A model generated the notes under the pieces. It was not told where the DNA came from and made no database searches. It saw only the letters and a program-made list of their open reading frames with translations. The position numbers and the translations under genes are program-made. Shown one piece after another: positions 1 to 8,454 of a DNA stretch of 61,618 nucleotides (position 1 is the first letter of the stretch; each line of letters starts with the position of its first letter). Source of the DNA: an uncultured Bdellovibrionales bacterium (GTDB lineage: Bacteria; Myxococcota; XYA12-FULL-58-9; JASMKV01); the NCBI GenBank assembly GCA_964013445.1, contig CAXGWX010000002.1, positions 1 to 61,618 on the forward strand. Direction: 5' to 3'.

Positions 1-253
1 CACCCCCAGCAGCGATGATCGAACCTTGCGGTTTTGCAAGGTAACGGTGCATAATCTCTTGTTCTGTTTTTCGAAAAGATGCCTCTCCTTGCTCTTTAAA
101 GATTTGTTCAATATTTTGACCTAAGTGTTTCTCAATCTCTGAGTCTAAATCAACAAAGTCCATCCCGGCTTTTTTTGCCAGAAGCGGCCCGACTGTTGAT
201 TTTCCGGCCCCCATGAAACCAACCAGGACGAGATGAGAAGATTCCATCGTCAT
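1..253 (-). CDS. aroK: Shikimate kinase, N-terminal part (gene runs off the left edge of the window)
   Basis: Minus-strand translation from ATG 251-253 reads MTMESSHLVLVGFMGAGKSTVGPLLAKKAGMDFVDLDSEIEKHLGQNIEQIFKEQGEASFRKTEQEI... It carries the Walker A GxxGAGKST, DLD and GE-x-FR motifs of shikimate kinase. It is open to the window edge, so it is absent from the ORF track. ATG 245-247 is an alternative start. Confidence 0.8.
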   Translation of the reverse strand, partial: MTMESSHLVLVGFMGAGKSTVGPLLAKKAGMDFVDLDSEIEKHLGQNIEQIFKEQGEASFRKTEQEIMHRYLAKPQGSIIAAGG

Positions 254-263
254 AGAGCTTTCG

Positions 264-1430
264 TTAGAGTTGATTCAGTGCTTGTTGGTAGGCTTGGTAA
301 TGCTCAGAAATTTCATTCATTGTGATACCGCCAAAACGTTGCAAAAAGCTGTTGGCTAGAGTCCAGGCAATCATTGATTCACAGATAAGAGCGCAAGCGG
401 GCACGGCGCAGGTATCCGTACGCAGAGTATTGGCTTTAGCGTTATTCTTAGTTGCCAGATCAATTGTGTTGAGAGGCTTACCCAAGGTGGGCAACGGCTT
501 CATTACTGCTCGAACCATTAGCTCTGCCCCATTACTTAATCCGCCTTCAATGCCACCCGCATTGTTCGACGCCCGTGGAAACATTCCGTTCGTCCTCTCA
601 GTGGTGACAACATCGTGTGTGTCTGAGCCGAGTTTTTGTGACAAAAGAAAACCATCTCCAAATTCGACGCCCTTAACTGCAGGTATACCAATAATGGCTG
701 CCGCAATTTTGCTGTCGAGTTTTTCAAACCACTGATTAAAACTGCCAAGGCCAGGGCAAAGGCCTTGGCTACGAATTTCTATGATTCCGCCTAAGGTATC
801 ACCGTTTTTTTTCGTTTTTTCAATCAGCTCACACATTTTGGACGTGGCTTGCTCATCTGAGCACCGTAACGAAGATGCCTCTACGATCTTGCGCAGCACG
901 GGGAGGCTGTAATCATTGTTGCTTGCAGTGATTGGCCCAATACTTTTGACATAGCCCACAACATCGATATTAAAGTTGATGAGAAATTGCTTGGCTAAAT
1001 TGCCAGCAATAACGTAGGGCACAGAGGAGCGGGCACTGGCCCGCTCTACGGCGTCCCGTGCATCTTTCGTAAGAAATTTCTGACAGGCTGCTAAGTCAAC
1101 ATGGCCGGGTCGTGGCCGACTCATAGAGGGGCTTTCATTAGTGATTAGGTTTTCTTCTGGACAGGTGTGCTCTTGCCAGTTTTCATAGTCGTTATTGGGC
1201 ACGATGATGCTGATGGGGTTGCCGGTTGTCTTGCCTTTTCGGATTCCTGACAAGATTTCTGCAGCGTCTTGCTCTATTTTCATTCTGCCACTGCGCCCAA
1301 ACCCACTTCTGCGCTGTTTCAGATCCTGCTCTAACGATTGTCGATCGAATTTCAGATCTCGGGGAAACCCGTTTATGATCAAATTTAAGCCTGGCCCATG
1401 GGAGTCACCGGCGGTAATTATTTCAAGCAT
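264..1430 (-). CDS. aroC: Chorismate synthase
   Basis: 388-aa ORF. The motifs TAGDSHGPGL, RRSGFGRSGRM, RPRPGH and NNAGGIEGGLSNG match chorismate synthase along the whole length. Confidence 0.95.
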   Translation of the reverse strand: MLEIITAGDSHGPGLNLIINGFPRDLKFDRQSLEQDLKQRRSGFGRSGRMKIEQDAAEILSGIRKGKTTGNPISIIVPNNDYENWQEHTCPEENLITNESPSMSRPRPGHVDLAACQKFLTKDARDAVERASARSSVPYVIAGNLAKQFLINFNIDVVGYVKSIGPITASNNDYSLPVLRKIVEASSLRCSDEQATSKMCELIEKTKKNGDTLGGIIEIRSQGLCPGLGSFNQWFEKLDSKIAAAIIGIPAVKGVEFGDGFLLSQKLGSDTHDVVTTERTNGMFPRASNNAGGIEGGLSNGAELMVRAVMKPLPTLGKPLNTIDLATKNNAKANTLRTDTCAVPACALICESMIAWTLANSFLQRFGGITMNEISEHYQAYQQALNQL

Positions 1431-1476
1431 GATGCTTTAGTATGCTGAATTTTAAATTTAAGCCAGCCTTGAGTGC

Positions 1477-4400
1477 TTAGAAGCTGGAACTTTGCTCGCT
1501 TGTGGTATCCATGGCTAATTCTTCGGGAGCAATAAGGGCTTCATTGCGATTGAGAATGCGTGGAGTTATAAAGATCAGCAATTCGCCACGGTTATCTTCG
1601 TTTCGTCCCTGCTTGAAAAGCCATCCAAGTACGGGAATTCGTGCCAGAAAAGGTACAGAAGCTAAGCTTTTCGAGGTTGAGCGGGTATAGATACCACCGA
1701 TAACCGTTGTATCCCCATCTCCGATAAGCACCTGAGTTTGAGCAGATTTTGTTTCGATTGTTGGGTCACCGGAAGCGCCACGAACACCAAAGTTTGGTTC
1801 ACTTTTATTCGTATTGATGTCCATGAGAATGCTGCCGTCATTTGTTACATGAGGTGTAACTGACAATTGTAGGGCGGCACTGACGAATCTGGTATTTGCT
1901 CCGGCAGCAGATACAACAGATACGGGAATGCTTACACCTTGGGAGATGGTGGCTGAGGTGTTGTCCATTGTTGTGATGCGTGGTGAACTAATCAGTCGCC
2001 CGGAGCCGGTGTCTTCCATAGCTGAAAGACGGAGATTTAGAATTTCATTGCCATTAGCAGAGCTAAAAATGAACCCTAAGCCACCCCCGACCCCAACTCC
2101 AATAGGTGCGGGCATATTGACGGCCCAGCGGCCCGGGTTACCTGTACCGATCGTAGAACCGCCGGAGTCCGCAGCCCCCGACATAATAATGTCTCCAGGA
2201 AAGCGCAAGCCGGTGGGATTACCGGTTGCAGCAGTGGCCTGTGCTGTTCCACCCCATTGAATACCGAGCTCTCGTACAAAAGTGGTCCGCGCTTCAACAA
2301 TTCGTGCTTCAATTAGCACCTGAGGTGTTTGCCTGTCTAAGTGCTTTACCAGTTCGATAACCCGCTCAATGTTTGAACGAACATCTTCAAGGATAATGGT
2401 ATTCGTTCGCTCATCGACCTGCGCACTTCCTCTGCTGGAGAGCAGAGGCTCCACATGCTTGGCTACCTCTTCAGCTTTAGCGTAGTTGACAGCAATCATT
2501 TTAATTAAGGTATCTTCAACCTGCTCGGCGGCTTTTTTACGGGCGAGCTCTTGTTCTTTCTCTTGCTGAATTTCTACCGAGGGTGCAATGCGCATAATGT
2601 TGTTTTCCCGCACCTTGTCATAGCCTTTTGTTTTAAGGATAGTTTCGAGGGCTTGCTCCCAAGGAACATTGCGTAAGCGCATTGAAATGGTGCCGGCGAC
2701 GGCTTCAGAGGTAACGATATTCTCCCCAGATACCTCAGCCAGCAATCGAAGCACGTTCTTGATGTCTGCATCTTTGAGGTCGAGCGAAATTCTTTTCTTA
2801 CGCGTTTGCTTTGGTGCAGTGTTGCGAGCCAAGGTGGCGGCTTGCGTAACAAAGCCGGCAGTCTGCGGGGTTTGAGCGAGTGTCAATATCTCTTGTGCTT
2901 GCTTTTGTGCCGAGATTTCCCAAATTAGCGTTTTGCCAACCCGATAGAGTTTGTAGCTCTCGGGGTTTTTTAGACTGGCGACGATATTAACAAGAGCTGG
3001 CGATGTTGACGCTTGATATGTTGCGAGCAGCTGCACGGATGTTTTATAGGCCGACGTATCAAGTGAGCGTTCAAGATCTTGCGGGATTGTTACATTCTTA
3101 AGCTCGAGCAACCATGTTTCTGAAGACAGTTTGTCGACTTTTGTTTCAATACCGTCGGGCACAGAAATGATCACTCTTGCCAGATTTCCATCACGTGTAA
3201 ATCGGATATCTTCAAGGGCAACACTTTTGAGCTCTACCTCTTGGGAGTCTATTTTTATCTCTTCTGTTTTACTGAGCGTGCTTTCTTTACTCTGTGTGAT
3301 CTCTGCAGCCTTGCTCTTTTTCTTTGGAGCTTCTTTTGGGAGCCGCTCAGCCTTATTTTCGGCCAGCTCTTTGCGTTGAGTTTTCTGCTCTTTTTTGGTG
3401 GGCTTGGTTTCTATCTTTGGAAGAGCTTTTTTGACTTTCTTCTTTTTGCGGTTGACTGAGATGTCCAGGCCTGTAGCGACTTTTTCAACTTTTGCTTCGG
3501 TTTTTGAAGAGGTGAGATCAAGAACAATGCGTGTATGCTTTTTGTGATCTCCCAGTCGGACAGATTTGATTAAGGGATGTTTTATGGCAATGCGCTTGGA
3601 CTTAAGTTTATTTTTGGTGTCTTCGATGTCGAGAACGAAACGTGGTGGTCTATCGAGCTTAAGTGTGGAGTACTGAGGGTCATTGGTCTGCAGGTGGACG
3701 TTGATGCGTGCGTTGTAACCACGACCGGTTGTTTTGATTGCTTTAAGGGTGTTGGGGATTGCTCTTGTTGACGTTGTGGGTTTTGCCTTCCCTTTAGGTT
3801 TTGCTGCCACTGTATCTGTCTTTGTTTTCGCTTCTGGAGTAGCCTTCAGAGTACTAGGCTTATCCTTTGCGTCAGCGAGCTTTTGTGCGGTGCTTGACGG
3901 CTCGGATGGGGCCCTATCCTTGTTGGGGCTGCTGGAGTTTGTATCGGCAGCCAATGGCCCATTGGCCCCTAAGGCACTGTTTTTGCTGGGTAAAGTTGTT
4001 TTGTCGCGAGAGGGCGCTGGAGTGGCTGGACCACTTTTGATGGCAACGAGAACGGCGTTGCCTTGACCTTCAACCTCGTATTCCACATTTTGGCTGAATT
4101 GCAGCATGACGCGACCGATGGTGAAACCGTTGGCATTAAATTGTCGCAGGACAACATTCGTTAATACATCATCGTTGGCGAATTCACTGGCTTGAATGTT
4201 GGATAGGTCACCACCGGAAATATCAATGACAACGCGAAAAGGATGGTTCAGGCGAAAGACTGTAAAGGTCGGCTTTTGAGCTGTTTTGATCCAGATTTTA
4301 CGCTCGTTGTCAAAACCTTCAACTTGAATTTCAGAAACCGCGTTGGACTTGTTTGCTGCAAAGGCATTGTTTGCAGGCATGAGAGTTAGAACAACCCAGA

Positions 4401-4485
4401 GGCAAATCCAGAAGGATGTCGTAAAAGCACACTGGTGCCTGTGGAGGCGCTTGGTTGTTTTCGTGATTTGCTTTCTTAAATCCAT
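1477..4485 (-). CDS. pilQ: Type IV pilus secretin PilQ with AMIN-like N-terminal modules
   Basis: Signal peptide, AMIN-like segments (FRVVIDISGG; PRFVLDIEDT...TRIVLDL), and a C-terminal secretin core ending VPFLARIPVLGWLFK. The ORF track starts at 4527 (TTG). ATG 4485 (MDLRKQ...) avoids overlap with pilP and is preferred. Confidence 0.9.
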   Translation of the reverse strand: MDLRKQITKTTKRLHRHQCAFTTSFWICLWVVLTLMPANNAFAANKSNAVSEIQVEGFDNERKIWIKTAQKPTFTVFRLNHPFRVVIDISGGDLSNIQASEFANDDVLTNVVLRQFNANGFTIGRVMLQFSQNVEYEVEGQGNAVLVAIKSGPATPAPSRDKTTLPSKNSALGANGPLAADTNSSSPNKDRAPSEPSSTAQKLADAKDKPSTLKATPEAKTKTDTVAAKPKGKAKPTTSTRAIPNTLKAIKTTGRGYNARINVHLQTNDPQYSTLKLDRPPRFVLDIEDTKNKLKSKRIAIKHPLIKSVRLGDHKKHTRIVLDLTSSKTEAKVEKVATGLDISVNRKKKKVKKALPKIETKPTKKEQKTQRKELAENKAERLPKEAPKKKSKAAEITQSKESTLSKTEEIKIDSQEVELKSVALEDIRFTRDGNLARVIISVPDGIETKVDKLSSETWLLELKNVTIPQDLERSLDTSAYKTSVQLLATYQASTSPALVNIVASLKNPESYKLYRVGKTLIWEISAQKQAQEILTLAQTPQTAGFVTQAATLARNTAPKQTRKKRISLDLKDADIKNVLRLLAEVSGENIVTSEAVAGTISMRLRNVPWEQALETILKTKGYDKVRENNIMRIAPSVEIQQEKEQELARKKAAEQVEDTLIKMIAVNYAKAEEVAKHVEPLLSSRGSAQVDERTNTIILEDVRSNIERVIELVKHLDRQTPQVLIEARIVEARTTFVRELGIQWGGTAQATAATGNPTGLRFPGDIIMSGAADSGGSTIGTGNPGRWAVNMPAPIGVGVGGGLGFIFSSANGNEILNLRLSAMEDTGSGRLISSPRITTMDNTSATISQGVSIPVSVVSAAGANTRFVSAALQLSVTPHVTNDGSILMDINTNKSEPNFGVRGASGDPTIETKSAQTQVLIGDGDTTVIGGIYTRSTSKSLASVPFLARIPVLGWLFKQGRNEDNRGELLIFITPRILNRNEALIAPEELAMDTTSEQSSSF

Positions 4486-4504
4486 ATATTCGAAGTTGCT
4501 TGTA

Positions 4505-5107
4505 CTACCGATTATTTTGTCCAACAAGGTCGAAATCGGCTTTTGGTAGGGTTAAAGTCTTATTTACACGTACTTTTTTGTTGCCAGACGTACTTGTTTC
4601 CAGAGTTACGGTCACGCCTTGCCCTGTGATGCGGGTAACCCGACCCCCATTTCTGCCGAGTCGGGAACCAATACGCAGAATATGCCCGGACCCATTAGGG
4701 TCTTCGACCATTGCATGTGGACGACTTGTTCCTGTGATTAGTGCTGTTAAACGATACTGCTCGAGTCTAAATCTTTCAGTTACAGCCCTGGCTCGTCGCT
4801 GCCCCGCATCGTCATCCTTTTTTAGCTCTTCTGTTAAATCTTTAAGGTAAGAGCGAAACGGGTCCCGCTTGCCGATTCCAATATAGTGCTTTTGTACCTT
4901 TTGCTGGGTTTCTCGTATGGCTTTGACTTCTTTAGTTTGCGTTGGTGCAGGCTTGTCGTCTTTGTCATCCTTGCGTTCCACTTTTTCGATATCACTGCAG
5001 CTGAACATCACCAGTGCAATCAGCAGACTAAAAACTATAGAGCCGCGATGGTTTGGGACTGGGCTGAATCGGAGCAGCGAGGTAAAAGGTGAAGAGTGCT
5101 TTATCAT
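4505..5107 (-). CDS. pilP: Type IV pilus assembly lipoprotein PilP
   Basis: 200 aa with a lipobox-like LVMFSC. The C-terminal segment YRLTALITG...AMVEDPNGSGHILRIGSRLG is typical of PilP. It sits between pilO and pilQ, and its start overlaps the pilO stop. Confidence 0.75.
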   Translation of the reverse strand: MIKHSSPFTSLLRFSPVPNHRGSIVFSLLIALVMFSCSDIEKVERKDDKDDKPAPTQTKEVKAIRETQQKVQKHYIGIGKRDPFRSYLKDLTEELKKDDDAGQRRARAVTERFRLEQYRLTALITGTSRPHAMVEDPNGSGHILRIGSRLGRNGGRVTRITGQGVTVTLETSTSGNKKVRVNKTLTLPKADFDLVGQNNR

Positions 5108-5670
5108 TGTTGGTAACTGTAGGTCTTAATATCAAAGGTGCTTAGGAGCACTATTTTTTGGTTTTCATGTTTTGGCGAAGTCATTGACAGATTGTTTACC
5201 GTAACGATTCGATCAAGTTGCCCAACCGAGTCAATAAAGTTAGCGATTTCGTGATAAGACCCTTCCACGGCCATGCCAAAACTAATTTCCCGAAAAAACT
5301 CCTTTTGTTGTTCTGATTTGGGCTGAAAAGTTTGAATAAGAAGTCCGGCACGCCGACCTTCGTTGCCTAATTTGGCCAATAATTGGGGTACGTCTGGATC
5401 GTCAGGGAGAAGACTGCGGGCAATGTCGAGATCCTCCTGCAACTTTTTGAACCGCGCCTCATATTTGGTCAGATTGTCTAAATAGGCTTGCTTTTCTGCC
5501 CGTTGACTTTCAATTTCTCGATATTCTTTTTCCTTCTTTTCCAAGAGGGCTACTTTGTCCTGGTGAATAAAGTAGTAATAGCCGGCTACGAGCGCTGTTA
5601 AAAATACGATTGCAATCACTAAGCGCTGCTTAGGGTTGATGCCTAGGTATATATCGATAATTTTATCCAT
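5104..5670 (-). CDS. pilO: Type IV pilus assembly protein PilO
   Basis: 188 aa with one N-terminal TM helix followed by a coiled coil. Its position in the pilM-N-O-P-Q order supports the call, and it abuts the pilN stop codon. Confidence 0.8.
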   Translation of the reverse strand: MDKIIDIYLGINPKQRLVIAIVFLTALVAGYYYFIHQDKVALLEKKEKEYREIESQRAEKQAYLDNLTKYEARFKKLQEDLDIARSLLPDDPDVPQLLAKLGNEGRRAGLLIQTFQPKSEQQKEFFREISFGMAVEGSYHEIANFIDSVGQLDRIVTVNNLSMTSPKHENQKIVLLSTFDIKTYSYQQ

Positions 5671-6231
5671 CTAGTTTGGCACCATATATTTTGCTTGGCA
5701 GTTTATTTCCCAGAGAAAGTAGTTTGTGTCGGTAGTTTTTTGCGTAATGACTTTTGCTAGTTTGACGTCTTCGAAGAGTTTGGGATGACGTTTAAGAGTT
5801 AAATGGAAATTGGAAATATTCTCGTGAGTCACAGCACCGCCTGAAAGATTAATTCTGCCACCTTTTTCGTCTAAACTCGTAAGCCAAATTTTTTCATCAT
5901 TGTTGAAGATATTAACCAGGGTATTAAGCATGCGTGCAGGACCGGTCGTTTCTTCGTTGAGCTGTTGGATAACCAAAAGCTTTTGCTCCAGAGTTCTTGA
6001 TTGGGCTTTAAATTCCTCAATCTTCGCCGCCGATGCTTTAATCTCATTGATTTCATCGCTTAAGGCAAAAATTCGGGAGTCGACATCCACAAGCTTCTTT
6101 TCAACAGAGCTACCCCACCAGGAAATGCCCACGATGGTTAGAGTGAGGAGGAGCCCAAAGCCCCCGAGCTCTATCTTAAGATTGCTTTGCCCTTTGCTTT
6201 TAGTAACAGGAAGTAAGTTTATTCGGGGCAT
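5671..6231 (-). CDS. pilN: Type IV pilus assembly protein PilN
   Basis: 186 aa. The N-terminal INLLP motif (MPRINLLPV) is diagnostic of PilN. It has a single TM helix and a 1-nt overlap with pilM. Confidence 0.8.
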   Translation of the reverse strand: MPRINLLPVTKSKGQSNLKIELGGFGLLLTLTIVGISWWGSSVEKKLVDVDSRIFALSDEINEIKASAAKIEEFKAQSRTLEQKLLVIQQLNEETTGPARMLNTLVNIFNNDEKIWLTSLDEKGGRINLSGGAVTHENISNFHLTLKRHPKLFEDVKLAKVITQKTTDTNYFLWEINCQAKYMVPN

Positions 6232-7274
6232 TAGTTATCCCCCAAGTAACGCAGTGCGAGCCCGACAACGACAGCGGCTGTTGGTGCGGCGTTGGTTAAG
6301 TACTCCGCATCTTCTGGATTTGTTTGAATGTTCTTAAAGGGGTTGATAACTTCTGTTTCTACCCCTGTGCCCGCAGCAATGGCTTGTACAAGTCTGGGAA
6401 GTCTGGCGGAGCCACCACCCAGATAAATTTTTGTCGGCGCCCCGTCCGCACTGGTGGCGGAGTAAAAGTCGATCGAGCGAAGGATTTCATTGGTGTAGCT
6501 ATCCGATACAAGTTCGATGGCGGCCTCAGCAGCTTCGTTTGGATTGCTGGTGTCAAATGATAGTTTGAGATCTTCAGCTTCATCGAAACCGATGTTTGCC
6601 TGCCGTTGTATTTCTTCCGTAAAGGCATTGCCCCCAATATTTAGATCACGAGTGAAGCATGAGATTCCTTTGGAAATAATATTAATTGTCGTTTTGGTTG
6701 CTCCTAAATTGACCAAAGCGACGGTTGCGTCTGCTGCAGCTTCATAATTTCTTTCAAACATGGTCTCCATGGCAAAAGCATCAACATCGCAAATGACTGG
6801 CTCAAGGCCTGCTTCATGTAATACGGCAGTATATTCGTTGATCATGTCTTTTTTAGCTGCCACCAGAACGACTTCCATCTGTCCCTGTTGGGCGGCCTCA
6901 GGATTAACGATTTGCACATCCAGAAACACATCCTGGATATCAAAAGGAATATACTGTTCCGCTTCCCATTGAATCGATTCGCGCAGTTCTTCAGGAGTCA
7001 TTTGTGGTAGGGGGATTTTTTTAATAATCACAGAGTGACCCGATACGGAGAGGGCAACCTGCTTGGTGCGAACTTTATGGGAGGCAATGAGTTCTTGTAC
7101 GGCTTCGACCACCCGCGGGGCATTCATTAGGGCGCCGTCAACAATCGTTTCATTAGGTAAGGGGACCAAACCAAAATGTTCGAGACCAATGCCCTCTTTG
7201 CCGCTTTTAAGTTGGCATAGTTTAATGGAGTTTGCTCCAATATCTATACCGACGCACAGCTTTTCGCGTGCCAT
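6231..7274 (-). CDS. pilM: Type IV pilus assembly ATPase-fold protein PilM
   Basis: 347 aa with an actin/FtsA-like fold. It has VGIDIGANSIKL at the N-terminus and IYLGGGSARL near the C-terminus, and it is the first gene of the pilMNOPQ block. Confidence 0.9.
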   Translation of the reverse strand: MAREKLCVGIDIGANSIKLCQLKSGKEGIGLEHFGLVPLPNETIVDGALMNAPRVVEAVQELIASHKVRTKQVALSVSGHSVIIKKIPLPQMTPEELRESIQWEAEQYIPFDIQDVFLDVQIVNPEAAQQGQMEVVLVAAKKDMINEYTAVLHEAGLEPVICDVDAFAMETMFERNYEAAADATVALVNLGATKTTINIISKGISCFTRDLNIGGNAFTEEIQRQANIGFDEAEDLKLSFDTSNPNEAAEAAIELVSDSYTNEILRSIDFYSATSADGAPTKIYLGGGSARLPRLVQAIAAGTGVETEVINPFKNIQTNPEDAEYLTNAAPTAAVVVGLALRYLGDN

Positions 7275-7446
7275 CGTATTTCCCCTCCGACCTTAGTTTC
7301 TATCGTATTTTCAAGAACATGCAAATGTTTGGCATTTTTTCTTCAGCAATTTTTTCATGTTTTTTAGTACTTTAGTGCGTTTTTTTAGAGAGCATCAAAA
7401 TTCATTGGTTGTGGGCCCGGTTACGACATGATTGGATAGGCTGCAG

Positions 7447-8448
7447 ATGCAGAGCGATGTTTTAAAGGCCTCACGGGATAAGCCGGTAGGGTTGGATTCC
7501 TGGCGTGCAGAAGTCTTAAAGCTTGAGCCCCGCGAAATTTTGCAAATTTGCTATGGTTTAGATCCTGTTGAGGACCGTTTATGGCTTTATTTGAACGAAT
7601 TGCGGCGACGTTCCTCTCAGGAGGCACAGCTTGCATCATGTATTGTTTCTTATGATTTGGCGCGACGGAATAATGAGAGAGCTCGCAGAGAGTTTGCTTA
7701 TTTGGCTGCGACCATGCGCGAGTTAGCTCGCGATAAAGTCTTGGTGGATAATCTATTAGGGGATGATCCTTATCTGTGGGAACTTTGGGGCTTGGTGCGC
7801 TCTCATCTTATACACTGGGATCCGCGTTTACCGGCGGAGTCATTGGAACCGGCGCCTGTAAAAGTTGGCTTTTTGCCGCTCTTGAGTGATGCGGATTTTT
7901 TTGACGAGGGATTGCAGGAAAACTTTGACAAATCGCAAAAGGATGGAAATTATCGGCTGCAGTTGGCCCTCAATACATTTTTAGGTTGCGACCCAACCAT
8001 TCCTTATATTGACCCTAATTCCGGATTTAAGCTGGCGACATCCGCTGATATCGAGAGAGTTGAAACTTTTCTAAAGGAGATAGGATCCCTTGAGAAAAGT
8101 TCACCGCAAGCGCGAGGTTTTAAGGTTTTAGTTTTGTTTTTCTACGGCACCCATTTGCGCTCTCAGGATATTTTTGGTGGGATTAACGAGCGCAAGGAGG
8201 TTCTGCTCAAGGATGCATTGGAGAGCTTTAACCGCTATGGTGAAGAATTTTGGTCTATCGTTGGATCCCTTGAGCCTCTGCATGAGAGGCCCGGAGTGTG
8301 GGATAAGATTGTGGATCTTATTTTAGACTATTGCGATTGGTTGGCTGCAAATAGCTTAAGTCATAATCTGGACGATTATCACGCGGTAAAACGGTTGATG
8401 GAACGTCAAAGTGTTGAGCAGGGGCGACGCAGCTCTCTGCGCTCCTAA
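7447..8448 (+). CDS. Hypothetical cytoplasmic protein (about 333 aa), no recognisable domain
   Basis: Long ORF with coding-like composition and no TM segment or signal peptide. The ORF-track start 7432 is TTG; the first ATG is 7447. It is divergent from pilM and convergent with the kinase gene. Confidence 0.5.
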   Translation: MQSDVLKASRDKPVGLDSWRAEVLKLEPREILQICYGLDPVEDRLWLYLNELRRRSSQEAQLASCIVSYDLARRNNERARREFAYLAATMRELARDKVLVDNLLGDDPYLWELWGLVRSHLIHWDPRLPAESLEPAPVKVGFLPLLSDADFFDEGLQENFDKSQKDGNYRLQLALNTFLGCDPTIPYIDPNSGFKLATSADIERVETFLKEIGSLEKSSPQARGFKVLVLFFYGTHLRSQDIFGGINERKEVLLKDALESFNRYGEEFWSIVGSLEPLHERPGVWDKIVDLILDYCDWLAANSLSHNLDDYHAVKRLMERQSVEQGRRSSLRS

Positions 8449-8454
8449 TTTACT

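Noticed and set aside
7330-7344. Sigma-54-like TGGCAT-N5-CTTC in the pilM/orf333 intergenic region
   Set aside because: The -12 element lacks the essential GC dinucleotide (cttc instead of TTGC), so it is a match to only half of the bipartite consensus.
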